Assembly (NCBI GenBank): GCA_965214405.1
Contig: OZ243956.1
Coordinates: forward strand, 2,208,001 to 2,272,000
DNA: 64,000 nt
Origin: Trueperaceae bacterium
GTDB taxonomy: Bacteria; Deinococcota; Deinococci; Deinococcales; Trueperaceae
Direction of reading: 5' to 3'
This document shows positions 39,556 to 49,023 of this stretch, one piece after another; positions within the stretch are counted from its first letter, which is position 1; each line of letters starts with the position of its first letter. The translations under genes and the position numbers were made by a program. Under the pieces are notes generated by a model. It worked only from the letters and a program-made list of their open reading frames with translations, was not told the origin of the DNA and did no database searches.

Positions 39556-39873
39556 CTAGCTCGCAATTTCCTTGATGCGGACCTCTGTGTAGGACTGGCG
39601 GTGACCGTTCTTGCGGCGGTAGTTTGCCTTGGCCTTGAATTTGTAAATGTAGATTTTGTCGCCGCGACCGTGCGAGAGAACTTCAGCCCTCACGCTCGCG
39701 CCATCCACCAGAGGGGTTCCGACCCGGACATCACTATCTGCACCGTTGCCGCCGAGCATCATCACGGGTAAATCAACCGTGTCGCCCGGTTGAGCTTTCA
39801 GAAGCTCGAGCCGGACCACTTCGCCTTCTGCCACGCGGTACTGTTTACCGCCACTTTGAACTACTGCAAACAT
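39556..39873 (-). CDS. rplU: 50S ribosomal protein L21
   Basis: MFAVVQSGGKQYRV...YRRKNGHRQSYT; GGAGG RBS. Confidence 0.97.
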   Translation of the reverse strand: MFAVVQSGGKQYRVAEGEVVRLELLKAQPGDTVDLPVMMLGGNGADSDVRVGTPLVDGASVRAEVLSHGRGDKIYIYKFKAKANYRRKNGHRQSYTEVRIKEIAS

Positions 39874-40002
39874 CCTTAAACCTCCACCTGCGGGCCGCCT
39901 AAAGGGCCGAAACTTTTGCTCATGTTCTGATGCTGCGTGACCTGCATGGTTCACCACATAGCAAATCCTGGGCTTTCACCCAGGAGACGCTTACGTCAGT
40001 TC

Positions 40003-40079
<77 letters not shown>

Positions 40080-40159
40080 AAGTAACCAAAGCCAAGCACT
40101 AGTCTATCGGCTGGGTGAGGCCGTGTCAAGCAAACTCACGACCTCACCAGACATGCACG

Positions 40160-40567
40160 TTACTCTTCCCGAGCCGCCCTCGCCTGCGCGCGGTCCTCTT
40201 CTTGACGGCCCACGTCGGTCTTAAGACGCGCCGCTTTACCGCGCAAGTCGCGCAGGTAGTAGAGTTTGGCGCGGCGGCTGCGGCCCCGCCGGACGATGTG
40301 AATCGCGTCGATGAGCGGCGAATGCACCGGGAACACCCGCTCGACGCCCTCACCAAACGAGATCTTGCGAACCGTGAAAGACGCGCGCGCCCCCTTGCCG
40401 TTCTGACGGGCGATAACCACGCCCTCAAAGGCCTGGATGCGGGTGCGGTTGCCCTCGACCACACGGTAGTCCACACGCACCGTGTCGCCCGTATCAAACT
40501 CGGGGAGGTCGTCTTTTAGAAAGGGCTGCTCGATAGCGCGCAAAATCGCGCCTTTGTTGTACTTCAT
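40160..40567 (-). CDS. rplS: 50S ribosomal protein L19
   Basis: [47 protein letters not shown]. Confidence 0.98.
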   Translation of the reverse strand: MKYNKGAILRAIEQPFLKDDLPEFDTGDTVRVDYRVVEGNRTRIQAFEGVVIARQNGKGARASFTVRKISFGEGVERVFPVHSPLIDAIHIVRRGRSRRAKLYYLRDLRGKAARLKTDVGRQEEDRAQARAAREE

Positions 40568-40913
40568 ACCGTCTCCTGTCGTTACTCTGGTTTCTCTCGA
40601 GGTTTGTGTGCATTATTTATGTACGTCAGATATAGACGCGCAAAAATAGATTGACTTTTAGAGCCGAAGATTATTTAACAGCCGTCTTCGGCACAACCCA
40701 AAAACTATAGCGCACACGCGCCCGCTTACGCAAGTGGGCTCGAGGTTTAAGATTCAACTCTTCCAGAGCAGTCGGCAGTGACAGCCCGGCTTTGGCGGTT
40801 CAAGTCTAAACAGTAGGTGAAAAGGCTTACAACTCTCCGTAAAACTTCCGAAGCGCCTCGCCAAAGTGAGGTTTTGTTCCCCAAAGGCAAAAAGGCGCGT
40901 GCTAACTTGACTC

Positions 40914-41483
40914 ATGCTGTTTAGGCCGGACGTGATGGTTGAGGCGGTTCACGAGGTGACGCTCGAGCTTTTACAGGGCCATCACGTTCGCGCGGTGATG
41001 GTGGATTTGGACGACACCCTGGTGGCGTCCGGCGCGAACCTCTTAGACCCCCGCTTTAGAGCGTGGGTCGCAAGTCTCAAAGAGGCCGGGATCCCCCTCT
41101 TGATTCTTAGTAACGGCAAGAGAGTGAGGGTCAAGCGTTGGTCGGCTGAATTGGGCGTGGCGGGGCTCTCGCTGGTGGGTAAACCCTTTGCGCCCGCGTT
41201 TAGGCGGGGGCTGCGGCTCTTGGGGCGTCAGCCGGGCGAAACCGCGATGGTCGGCGACCAGCTTTTTACGGACGTGCTCGGGGCCAATCTCGTCGGGATG
41301 GTGTCTATCTTGGTCGTCCCGCTGTCTACAGGAGGCTTGCCCCACACCAGGGTGGCGCGGCGCTTCGAGAAGCTTGTATTGAATAAACGAATGGATACAC
41401 GGTTGAGTAGGCGGACGGGTACACAGATGGGTATGTGGAGGTATCAATTAGGAGGTGACCGTGGCGGTTTTGTCCATCGGTGA
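40914..41483 (+). CDS. yqeG: YqeG-family HAD IIIA phosphatase
   Basis: VDLDDTL, LSNG, GKP and VGDQLFTDVLGAN motifs. Confidence 0.9.
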   Translation: MLFRPDVMVEAVHEVTLELLQGHHVRAVMVDLDDTLVASGANLLDPRFRAWVASLKEAGIPLLILSNGKRVRVKRWSAELGVAGLSLVGKPFAPAFRRGLRLLGRQPGETAMVGDQLFTDVLGANLVGMVSILVVPLSTGGLPHTRVARRFEKLVLNKRMDTRLSRRTGTQMGMWRYQLGGDRGGFVHR

Positions 41484-44121
41484 TAAGCGGCTGGGGGCCG
41501 TTCTTTTAGAACGCGGCTACGTGAGCGACGACAATTTGCAGCAAGCCATTGGCCGACACGCCGAGGTGGGCGGACGCCTGGGTGACATCTTAGTATCTAT
41601 CGGTATTTTATCCGAGCAGCGCATCGCTCGCGCCATCGAGGAATCCATCGGCATCCCGCTCGTCATGCTGCCCCGCGTCGAGGTCGCGGCCGAAGCGCTC
41701 GCCAAGGTGCCCGCCGACTTGGCGCAGGAGGTGGGGGCGCTGCCTTTTGCCTTGGAGGGTAACCGCCTGCGCGTCGCCTTTCACGATCCCCTGGACGCGC
41801 TCGCCATCGAAGAGATCGAAGACAGCTCGGACTGCATCGTCGAGCCTTATCAGGCTTTGGGGCGGGAGTTGCAGTGGGCGGTGGCGACCTACTACCCCGA
41901 ACTTGGGCTCGTGCCCCCCGCGGATTTTGAGGTTGATACCGACCAGCGGATTGGCACCCTGGCGGTCGAAAAGGGGTTACTGAGCGAGGCGGCGCTCCGG
42001 CAAGCCGTGGACGAACAGGGGCGCACAGGGGGACTTCTGGGCCGCATCCTCATCAAACAGGGCTCGCTTTCTGAAGAGGCGCTGGCGCAACTCCTGGCCG
42101 ACCAGGTGGGGATTCCCTTTGTCAAAACGCTTAGCGGCGCCCGGATCACCGAAAAGCTGGCGCTCACGCTCCTGCGGCTCGACGCGGTGCAGTTTAACGC
42201 GGTGCCCTACAAAGAAGAAGGTGAGCACCTGGTCATCGCCCTGGCCGACCCGCGCCGCATCCCCGACTTAGAGTCAATCATCCAGCGGTCCTTAGCCTTC
42301 GTCTGCGCGCCCGAGAGCGAGGTTCAAGCGCGCATCGAGACGATGTACGCGGGCGACAAGGGGCGCTTGGGCGAAACGCTCCTGCAAAGCAAGAAACTTA
42401 AGCGTGAGCAGCTTCGCAAGGCTTTAGAGGAGCAAAATAAGCTGGGCCGCGTCAAGCCCTTAGGCGAAATCCTCATGGATTTCGGTTACGTGACCCAGGG
42501 CGACGTGGACGACGCTCTGAACCGCCAGCGTTCGGGCGGGGGCCGTTTGGAAGACACGCTCGTCCAGTCGGGCAAAATCTCGCCCGAAATGCTCGCGCGA
42601 AGCCTCGCCATGCAGCTCGGTTACGAGTTTATCGAGGAGGGCAACACCAAGGTCGACCCCTACGCGGTCACGCTCGTACCCGAGGCCACCGTGCGGCGCT
42701 ACACCGCGATGCCGATACGGCTAGAAGACAACGTCTTGGTCGTCGCCATGAAAGACCCGCGGCACGTGTTCGCACTGGACGATATCAAGCTCATCACGGG
42801 CAAGGAGATTCAGCCCGCCGTCGCCACCGAGGAGACGCTCTCGAGGTTTATCGACCGCTTCTACCGCGGCGGCGAGGACATGGACGAACTCGCCAAGGCG
42901 GTCCTAGAAGAGGTCGGCTCCCAAACCAAGGAGAGCGAAACCGACAACTCCGCGATTGACGACAATGCGCTCGTCAAGGTCGTCAACAACATCATCCGCG
43001 AATCCGTCTTAAACGATATTTCGGACATTCACATCGAGCCGCGACCCAACAAGGTCGTCATCCGGGTTCGCAAAGACGGGACTTTACGCGAATACATGAC
43101 CATGCCCAAGGCGACCGCGAGCGCGATGGCCGCGCGCATCAAGATTATGGGCAACCTGAACATCGCCGAGCGCCGGATGCCGCAAGACGGGCGCGTGCGC
43201 TTCAAAGACAAAACGATGGAGGTCGACCTCCGTTTATCGACCTTACCCACCGTCTACGGCGAAAAGTCGGTCATGCGTATTCTCAAAAAGGCCGACAACA
43301 TCCCCGAGATCGAGCAGTTGGGTTTTGCCGACCACAACTTTCAGCGTTTTGAAGACGTGATTCATAAACCTTACGGGATGTTCCTGATTACCGGCCCCAC
43401 GGGTTCGGGCAAGTCATTCACGACGTTTTCCATCCTCAAACGCATCGCGGTGCCCGAGGTGAACGTCACGACGGTCGAGGACCCGGTCGAATACGAGATT
43501 CCAGGCATCAACCAGACGCAGGTCAACAACAAGGCGGGACTCGACTTTGCTCGAGCCCTACGCTCTTTCTTGCGTCAAGACCCCGACGTCATCATGGTCG
43601 GTGAGATTCGGGACACCGAGACCGCCAAGATTTCGGTCGAGGCGGCGCTCACGGGCCACTTGCTCATCGCCACCTTGCACACGAACGACGCCGCGGGCGC
43701 GGTGACGCGGCTTTCAGAAATGGGCATCGAGCCCTTCAATATTTCCGCCTCCCTCTTGGGCGTCCTCGCGCAGCGCCTCGTGCGGCGCGTCTGCAAAAAC
43801 TGCAAGGTCGAGTACACCCCCGAGCCCGACGTGCTGCGCCGCATCGGCTTGCCCGACGAGGCCATTAAAGACAAGACGCTCTTCCGCGGCGTCGGCTGCG
43901 AGAAGTGCAGCGGCAGCGGCTACAACGGGCGCTACGGCATTCACGAGCTTCTGGTGGTCAACGACGAGGTCGAGAACGCCATCGTCCGGGACAAGTCGGC
44001 GAGCGAAATCAAACAAATCGCCACCGCGAGCGGCATGAAGACCCTGCGCGACGACGGCATCCAAAAGGCGTTTCAGGGAATTACGACGCTCGAGGAAGTC
44101 CTGGCCCGCACCACAGATTAA
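41461..44121 (+). CDS. pilB: type IV pilus assembly ATPase PilB/PilF with multiple MshEN/GSPII N-terminal domains
   Basis: Repeated RLGxxLxxxG motifs, GPTGSGKS, TVEDPVEY, LRQDPDVIMVGEIRD, TLHTND, tetra-Cys; AGGAGG RBS before GTG 41461. Confidence 0.93.
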   Translation: MAVLSIGDKRLGAVLLERGYVSDDNLQQAIGRHAEVGGRLGDILVSIGILSEQRIARAIEESIGIPLVMLPRVEVAAEALAKVPADLAQEVGALPFALEGNRLRVAFHDPLDALAIEEIEDSSDCIVEPYQALGRELQWAVATYYPELGLVPPADFEVDTDQRIGTLAVEKGLLSEAALRQAVDEQGRTGGLLGRILIKQGSLSEEALAQLLADQVGIPFVKTLSGARITEKLALTLLRLDAVQFNAVPYKEEGEHLVIALADPRRIPDLESIIQRSLAFVCAPESEVQARIETMYAGDKGRLGETLLQSKKLKREQLRKALEEQNKLGRVKPLGEILMDFGYVTQGDVDDALNRQRSGGGRLEDTLVQSGKISPEMLARSLAMQLGYEFIEEGNTKVDPYAVTLVPEATVRRYTAMPIRLEDNVLVVAMKDPRHVFALDDIKLITGKEIQPAVATEETLSRFIDRFYRGGEDMDELAKAVLEEVGSQTKESETDNSAIDDNALVKVVNNIIRESVLNDISDIHIEPRPNKVVIRVRKDGTLREYMTMPKATASAMAARIKIMGNLNIAERRMPQDGRVRFKDKTMEVDLRLSTLPTVYGEKSVMRILKKADNIPEIEQLGFADHNFQRFEDVIHKPYGMFLITGPTGSGKSFTTFSILKRIAVPEVNVTTVEDPVEYEIPGINQTQVNNKAGLDFARALRSFLRQDPDVIMVGEIRDTETAKISVEAALTGHLLIATLHTNDAAGAVTRLSEMGIEPFNISASLLGVLAQRLVRRVCKNCKVEYTPEPDVLRRIGLPDEAIKDKTLFRGVGCEKCSGSGYNGRYGIHELLVVNDEVENAIVRDKSASEIKQIATASGMKTLRDDGIQKAFQGITTLEEVLARTTD

Positions 44122-44328
44122 GTCCCGTGTAGAGCGCGAACTAGGGTGGGTTGAGCACCGTTCAGTGACGCTTCTAACCTCTCAATAAGCGCTTCAAGCC
44201 TTCCTACTTCTTGCTCCTTACTTCTTTCGTCCGGCCCCTCGAGAACCCCCTTGTCTACTTCAATAACTTCAATAGCACCCAGATAAACCAAGGCAAACCC
44301 ATCAGCCCCCCAAACCTTTAGGAGATTT

Positions 44329-45498
44329 ATGTCAGACCCAGGCAAAATGACCCAAGTCCAAGCCGACATCGTTGACCTCCTGCGCTTGTCCGTCGAGCGG
44401 CGCGCCTCGGACCTCATCATCACCGTGGGGCTTCCGCCGATGCTCCGTATCGACGGCGAGTGGCGACCCACCGAGCACGACCCGCTCTCGCCCAACCTAA
44501 CGAGGCGGCTCATGTACTCGATGATGGACGAGAAAAAGCAGCGCAACTTTGAAGAGGGCAAGGACCTAGACTTTTCCTTTGCGCTCTCGGGCTACGGGCG
44601 CTTCCGGGTCAACGCGTTTTTCCAGCGCGGCTCGGTTGGGGGCGTGTTGAGGACCATCTCCGAAGAGATTCTGGGCTTCGAGCGTATGGGTTTGCCCAAA
44701 GAGGTTGCGGACGTGGCGCGTCAGCCCAGGGGGCTCGTGCTCGTGACCGGGCCGACCGGCTCAGGTAAGTCGACCACCTTGGCGGCGATGATAGACCTCA
44801 TCAACAAGGGCTACAGCAAGCACATCGTCACGGTAGAAGACCCCATCGAGTTTTTTCACCAGCACAAACAGTCGGTCATCAACCAGCGCGAAATCGGCGA
44901 GGACACGCGCAACTTTGACCGCGCGCTCCGCTCGGTTTTGCGCCAAGCGCCCGACGTGATTTTAGTCGGCGAGATGCGCGACCACGAGACCATCGGGGCC
45001 GCCGTGACCGCCGCCGAAACGGGCCACCTGGTGATGGGCACGCTCCACACCAACTCGGCACCCGAGGCGGTGGACCGGATTATCGACGTGTTCCCCGAAG
45101 CGCAGCAGGCGCAGGTGCGGGTACAGTTGGCGAACAACTTGCAAGCCATTCTCACGCAGCAACTCGTCCCCAAGATGGGCGGCGGGCGCGTGTTGGCCTA
45201 CGAATTTTTGATCGCCACGCCCGCCATCCGCAACCTTATCCGCGAGGGCAAGACGCACCAGATTCTGTCGGCCATCCAGATGGGCGGTCAGCTCGGCATG
45301 GTCACGATGGACGCTAACTTGGCAAGTTTGCACCTCACGCGCAAGATTTCTTATGAGGTGGGGCTCGAGCGCTCGGTAGACGCCAAAGAGTTTTCCCGCT
45401 TGGTCGAGGCGGGCGGCGGGAGTCACGTGAGCGCGCCGCGCGTTTCGCAGCCGCCCCCCACACCCGGCGGCGTTGGTCGCACCGGGCGTGGTACGTAA
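44329..45498 (+). CDS. pilT: type IV pilus retraction ATPase
   Basis: GPTGSGKSTTLAAMID, EDPIEF, LRQAPDVILVGEMRD, AIRNLIRE. Confidence 0.95.
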   Translation: MSDPGKMTQVQADIVDLLRLSVERRASDLIITVGLPPMLRIDGEWRPTEHDPLSPNLTRRLMYSMMDEKKQRNFEEGKDLDFSFALSGYGRFRVNAFFQRGSVGGVLRTISEEILGFERMGLPKEVADVARQPRGLVLVTGPTGSGKSTTLAAMIDLINKGYSKHIVTVEDPIEFFHQHKQSVINQREIGEDTRNFDRALRSVLRQAPDVILVGEMRDHETIGAAVTAAETGHLVMGTLHTNSAPEAVDRIIDVFPEAQQAQVRVQLANNLQAILTQQLVPKMGGGRVLAYEFLIATPAIRNLIREGKTHQILSAIQMGGQLGMVTMDANLASLHLTRKISYEVGLERSVDAKEFSRLVEAGGGSHVSAPRVSQPPPTPGGVGRTGRGT

Positions 45499-45885
45499 CG
45501 TAGTACATCGCGTAGTACATCACTAGCGTCAGTCGGTAGCTTTGGGACGGACTGGCGAACCAGGGAGACAAGATCCAGGGAGACAAGATGAGGTGCAGAG
45601 AAGGTCAATATCTCCCTGTCTCCTCTACACCCCTGCAAACTTTGGTATGTATTCTTTCACAAAGCAGATACGTGGAGGGCGACTTTCGCGTTCCAAACAT
45701 CTTAGGGATGCGAGAAAGAACAGGTCACACAAGTTTGTAACACGATGTACTTTTTGAGAACCCCCGAAGTCTACACAATGGAGGGGTGATCGTAGCGACT
45801 GAGAAGGCAGCGCGTGGACAGTGGGTTCGCGGGCTCTAGCCGCACGCTCGGCACCCTTCGTAAACTCATGAAATGGGGGACCCAT

Positions 45886-46623
45886 ATGGCCTCAGACAAT
45901 ACAAAAAAGAACACGGGAACAGGCTCAACCGGTAGCGCGTCCCAGAGTGGCGCGTCAGCAGGTAGCAGCTCGTCAAGTAGTCAATCAAGCAACCAGTCCA
46001 ACCAACAAAAAGCGCAAAACGCCGCAAATGACGCTAAGCAAAAGGCGCAGAGCGCAGCCGACGACGCGAAAAATAAAGCGCAGAGTGCGGCGAGCGATGT
46101 GAGAGACAGCGCCAAGCAAGAAGCCGGGAACGTTAGAGACAGAGTTGCCAGCGAGGCCAAGGGCCTGCGCGACCGCGCCCAAGAAACGCTCCAGTCTACC
46201 GTTGCGGGGCAAAAAGACCGCGCCGCCGACGAACTAAGCGGCGTGGCCGAAGTGATTCGCAAAGCGGGCTCGGACATGCGCGACCAGGATTACGGGGGCG
46301 TCGCTGGCTACGTTGACCAGTTGGCCGACAGGGTGGAGGGTGCGGCTGACTACCTAAAGCAGCAAGACGTGGGCGATTTTATTCACGGCCTCGAGCGCTA
46401 CGCCAAGCGCGAACCCGCCATCTTTATCGGCGGCGCGGTCGCGGTCGGCGTTATCGCCGCGCGGTTTCTCAAAAGCTCAGGGGAGCGCAGCCGCCGGAGT
46501 GGTCGCCAAAGCAGCGGCCAGAGTTATGGTCAGACCAGCAGTAAAGGTTACGGCCAAGTCGGCAGCCGGAGCTACGGTCAAACTGAAAGCACCTCACCCT
46601 ACGAAAGCGGCTCATCCTACTAG
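45886..46623 (+). CDS. hydrophilic LEA-like protein with 11-mer repeats and a C-terminal membrane segment
   Basis: KQKAQSAADDA-type 11-mers; EPAIFIGGAVAVGVIAARFLKSS; SYGQ repeats. Confidence 0.7.
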   Translation: MASDNTKKNTGTGSTGSASQSGASAGSSSSSSQSSNQSNQQKAQNAANDAKQKAQSAADDAKNKAQSAASDVRDSAKQEAGNVRDRVASEAKGLRDRAQETLQSTVAGQKDRAADELSGVAEVIRKAGSDMRDQDYGGVAGYVDQLADRVEGAADYLKQQDVGDFIHGLERYAKREPAIFIGGAVAVGVIAARFLKSSGERSRRSGRQSSGQSYGQTSSKGYGQVGSRSYGQTESTSPYESGSSY

Positions 46624-46702
46624 GGATTGGCCCTAAGCAGCCGCGACTCGGCAGAGGCGCAAACGTAAACGCCTTTGCCGCGACGGCTGGAAAGGTACGA
46701 AT

Positions 46703-47824
46703 ATGACCTACTCCACAAGAGGCGTCAGCGGTAGAAACAGTGGTCGAAACGCCGATGACAGATTCGGAAATAGAGACTTCGGAAACAGCGAAGAGAGTTT
46801 TATTGACACCATCCGCGAGAACCCCATATCCGTGGCGCTCATTGGCGCGGGTCTGGGTTTACTTATCGCGGGTAGCATCAACGCGAGCCGTTCGCACGAA
46901 GACGATGACAGCTATGACTATTACCCCAGCACCTCCCCCTCGAGCGGGGTGGCGGGGTCTTACTCGAGCCCCTACACAAGCTCACCCTATACGACAGGGG
47001 CGGGGTCGCGGTACGGCTCGAGAAATACATCTACGTACGGAACCCAGTACGGGAGCCGGTACGGCACAGGATCCAGTACGCGGTATGACGCGCAAAGGAA
47101 TCCTGGGTCTGGCAGGATGTCGTCGGGGTTAGGTTCCGGGACTTCAGGCACGGCCTCTGATGCCAAGGACGCGGCTCAAAATGCAGGTGAGAACTTGCGC
47201 AACCGGGCAGACCAGCTTGGCGGTCAGGCGCGCGAGCAGGCTGAGAGGACGCGTGAAAGCGCCCGTTACGAGGCGCGCCGGGCGCGGCGGGGCTTGAGTC
47301 GTGCGATGGACGAAAACCCGCTCGCCGTCGGCGCGGTCGCGGCGCTCGCGGGCGCGGCGGTGGGGCTCCTCATCCCCAACAGCGAAGTCGAAAATGAGCT
47401 TATGGGCGACACCCGCGACACGGTCATGCACCGCGCCCAGGACCTCGCCAAAGAAGCGCAAAGTGCGGCCACCCACGTGGCGAAAGACGCCCTCAACACC
47501 GCCAAAGAAGAAGCCCAGAAACAGGGCCTGACCGTCCAGGGCTTGCGCGAAGACCTGCAAGACAAGGTCGAAAAAGGCAAACAGGTCGCTCAAAAGGCCG
47601 CCGAAGAGGCCAAGCAAACCGCCAAGCAAGAAGCGCAGGGGAGCAAAGAAAAAGCCCAAGACGCCGCCGAGGACGTGAAGCAAACGGCCAAAGAGGACGC
47701 CAGCAAAGCGCAGGACAAGGCGCAACAGGCCGCCAAAGACGCGACGAGCCAGAGCAGTAGCAACCAGAGCAGCCAGAACAAGGGACAGAACACGCAGAGC
47801 GACCAGAACAAGAGCGGAAGCTAG
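46703..47824 (+). CDS. LEA-like protein (DUF3618/DUF883-type architecture)
   Basis: IRENPISVALIGAGLG and DENPLAVGAVAALAGAAVGLLIP..E.E.ELMG segments; C-terminal 11-mers. Confidence 0.7.
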   Translation: MTYSTRGVSGRNSGRNADDRFGNRDFGNSEESFIDTIRENPISVALIGAGLGLLIAGSINASRSHEDDDSYDYYPSTSPSSGVAGSYSSPYTSSPYTTGAGSRYGSRNTSTYGTQYGSRYGTGSSTRYDAQRNPGSGRMSSGLGSGTSGTASDAKDAAQNAGENLRNRADQLGGQAREQAERTRESARYEARRARRGLSRAMDENPLAVGAVAALAGAAVGLLIPNSEVENELMGDTRDTVMHRAQDLAKEAQSAATHVAKDALNTAKEEAQKQGLTVQGLREDLQDKVEKGKQVAQKAAEEAKQTAKQEAQGSKEKAQDAAEDVKQTAKEDASKAQDKAQQAAKDATSQSSSNQSSQNKGQNTQSDQNKSGS

Positions 47825-48743
47825 GGTCTGTCTGACTAATCAAAGCCAGAGGATGATGGAGGCGAGGAGCACACCAGCACGGTAGTTTCTGCCGCGTTTG
47901 TCGTAGCGGGTGGCAACGGCGCGAAAGTCTTTAAGTCGGTTGATGCAGCGTTCGACCACGTTACGTCCTTTGTAGGCTTGCTTATCGAAAGCAGGAGGTC
48001 GTCCACCTTTTGTGCCCTTAGACAAGCGAGACTTCTTGGCATCTTCGCGCTCGGGGCTGATACAGATGATGCCCCTGCGCCTTAGTATCTTCCGCTGCTT
48101 GTTGAAACCATAAGCGCGGTCGAGTCTAAGCTGAGGGGGGCGCTTACGCGGTCGCCCTCTGCCAAGGCGGGGCACATAAATCTCGTCCAAGACCGGCTCT
48201 AGCCAAGCGGCGTCGTTGCGCTGTCCCGCCGTGATGACCACGGACAGGGGTCGCACTTTGCCGTCCGCGCAGGTATGCACCTTGCTGGTGTGGCCTCCGC
48301 GTGAGTGTCCCAGCCACTCGTCTGCTAAGGTCCCCTTTTTTCACCCTCAGCAGGCCGCTTCCTCGCCCCGCTGGCGCTGCGGTGCGCTTTAATATGAGAG
48401 CTGTCTAACGCTGCGCCGTCCCAATCAATCTCACCCGCCGCATCGGCGTGAGCTTGAAGCCTGTGCAGGATGCGCTTCCAGACACCGTTGCGCTCCCACC
48501 TCGTGAAGCGGTCCCAGCAGGTCTGCCAAGGTCCGTAGCGTTCAGGAACGTCGCGCCAGGGAGCGCCTGTTTTCAAGCGCCACGAAATGCCGTTGATGAC
48601 CTGTCGGTGGTTGCGGTAGTTGTGACCCCGTTGGGGATTGGGGGGTAGATGCGGTTTTAGTGCTTGCCACTGCTGCTCTTTTAGGTCTGTTCGTGCCATA
48701 CGCCTACCCTAAACCATCTTCATCCCTTCTGTCAGACAGACCC
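47824..48743 (-). mobile_element. IS5-family insertion sequence, copy 2, 920 bp
   Basis: Same TIRs and TA/CTAG target as copy 1; the ORF translations differ only at the codon containing 47928. Confidence 0.95.
47840..48699 (-). CDS. IS5-family transposase, OrfA (48325-48699) and OrfB joined by a probable -1 frameshift
   Basis: As copy 1, but RLKDFRA instead of RLKGFRA. Confidence 0.9.
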
Positions 48744-48805
48744 TAGCGCAAAGATACTTTGAAAAGCTAGAGGGTTCCCGTGACGCTGCGGGACCGCTGA
48801 AAGAG

Positions 48806-48834
48806 AAGGCGCGAGGAGAACCTCGCGTCTTTTT
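48806..48834 (+). terminator. intrinsic terminator, probably the original terminator of the LEA-like genes
   Basis: AAGGCGCGAGG-AGAA-CCTCGCGTCTT-TTT, about 60 bp after the IS end. Confidence 0.7.
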
Positions 48835-49023
48835 CGTGTTTTGTCAGCGCCACACTCTTCCAGCATCCGGGACATTAGCCAGTAAGAGGAATGACAAACT
48901 ACCTCGAGCCCTCCACAAGAGCGCGTGGGGAGAGTATGCTGGCAACTACTTTCGTCAGGTTTGCAGGAGCGCGGGATTACAGGATTTACAAAACCGCGTG
49001 ACTGGAAGAGCAAAGGAGCAGTG

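Noticed and set aside
40662..40691. GCCGAAGA...TCTTCGGC hairpin upstream of rplS as an L19 leader
   Set aside because: Plausible, but a single hairpin cannot be assigned without a covariance-model search.
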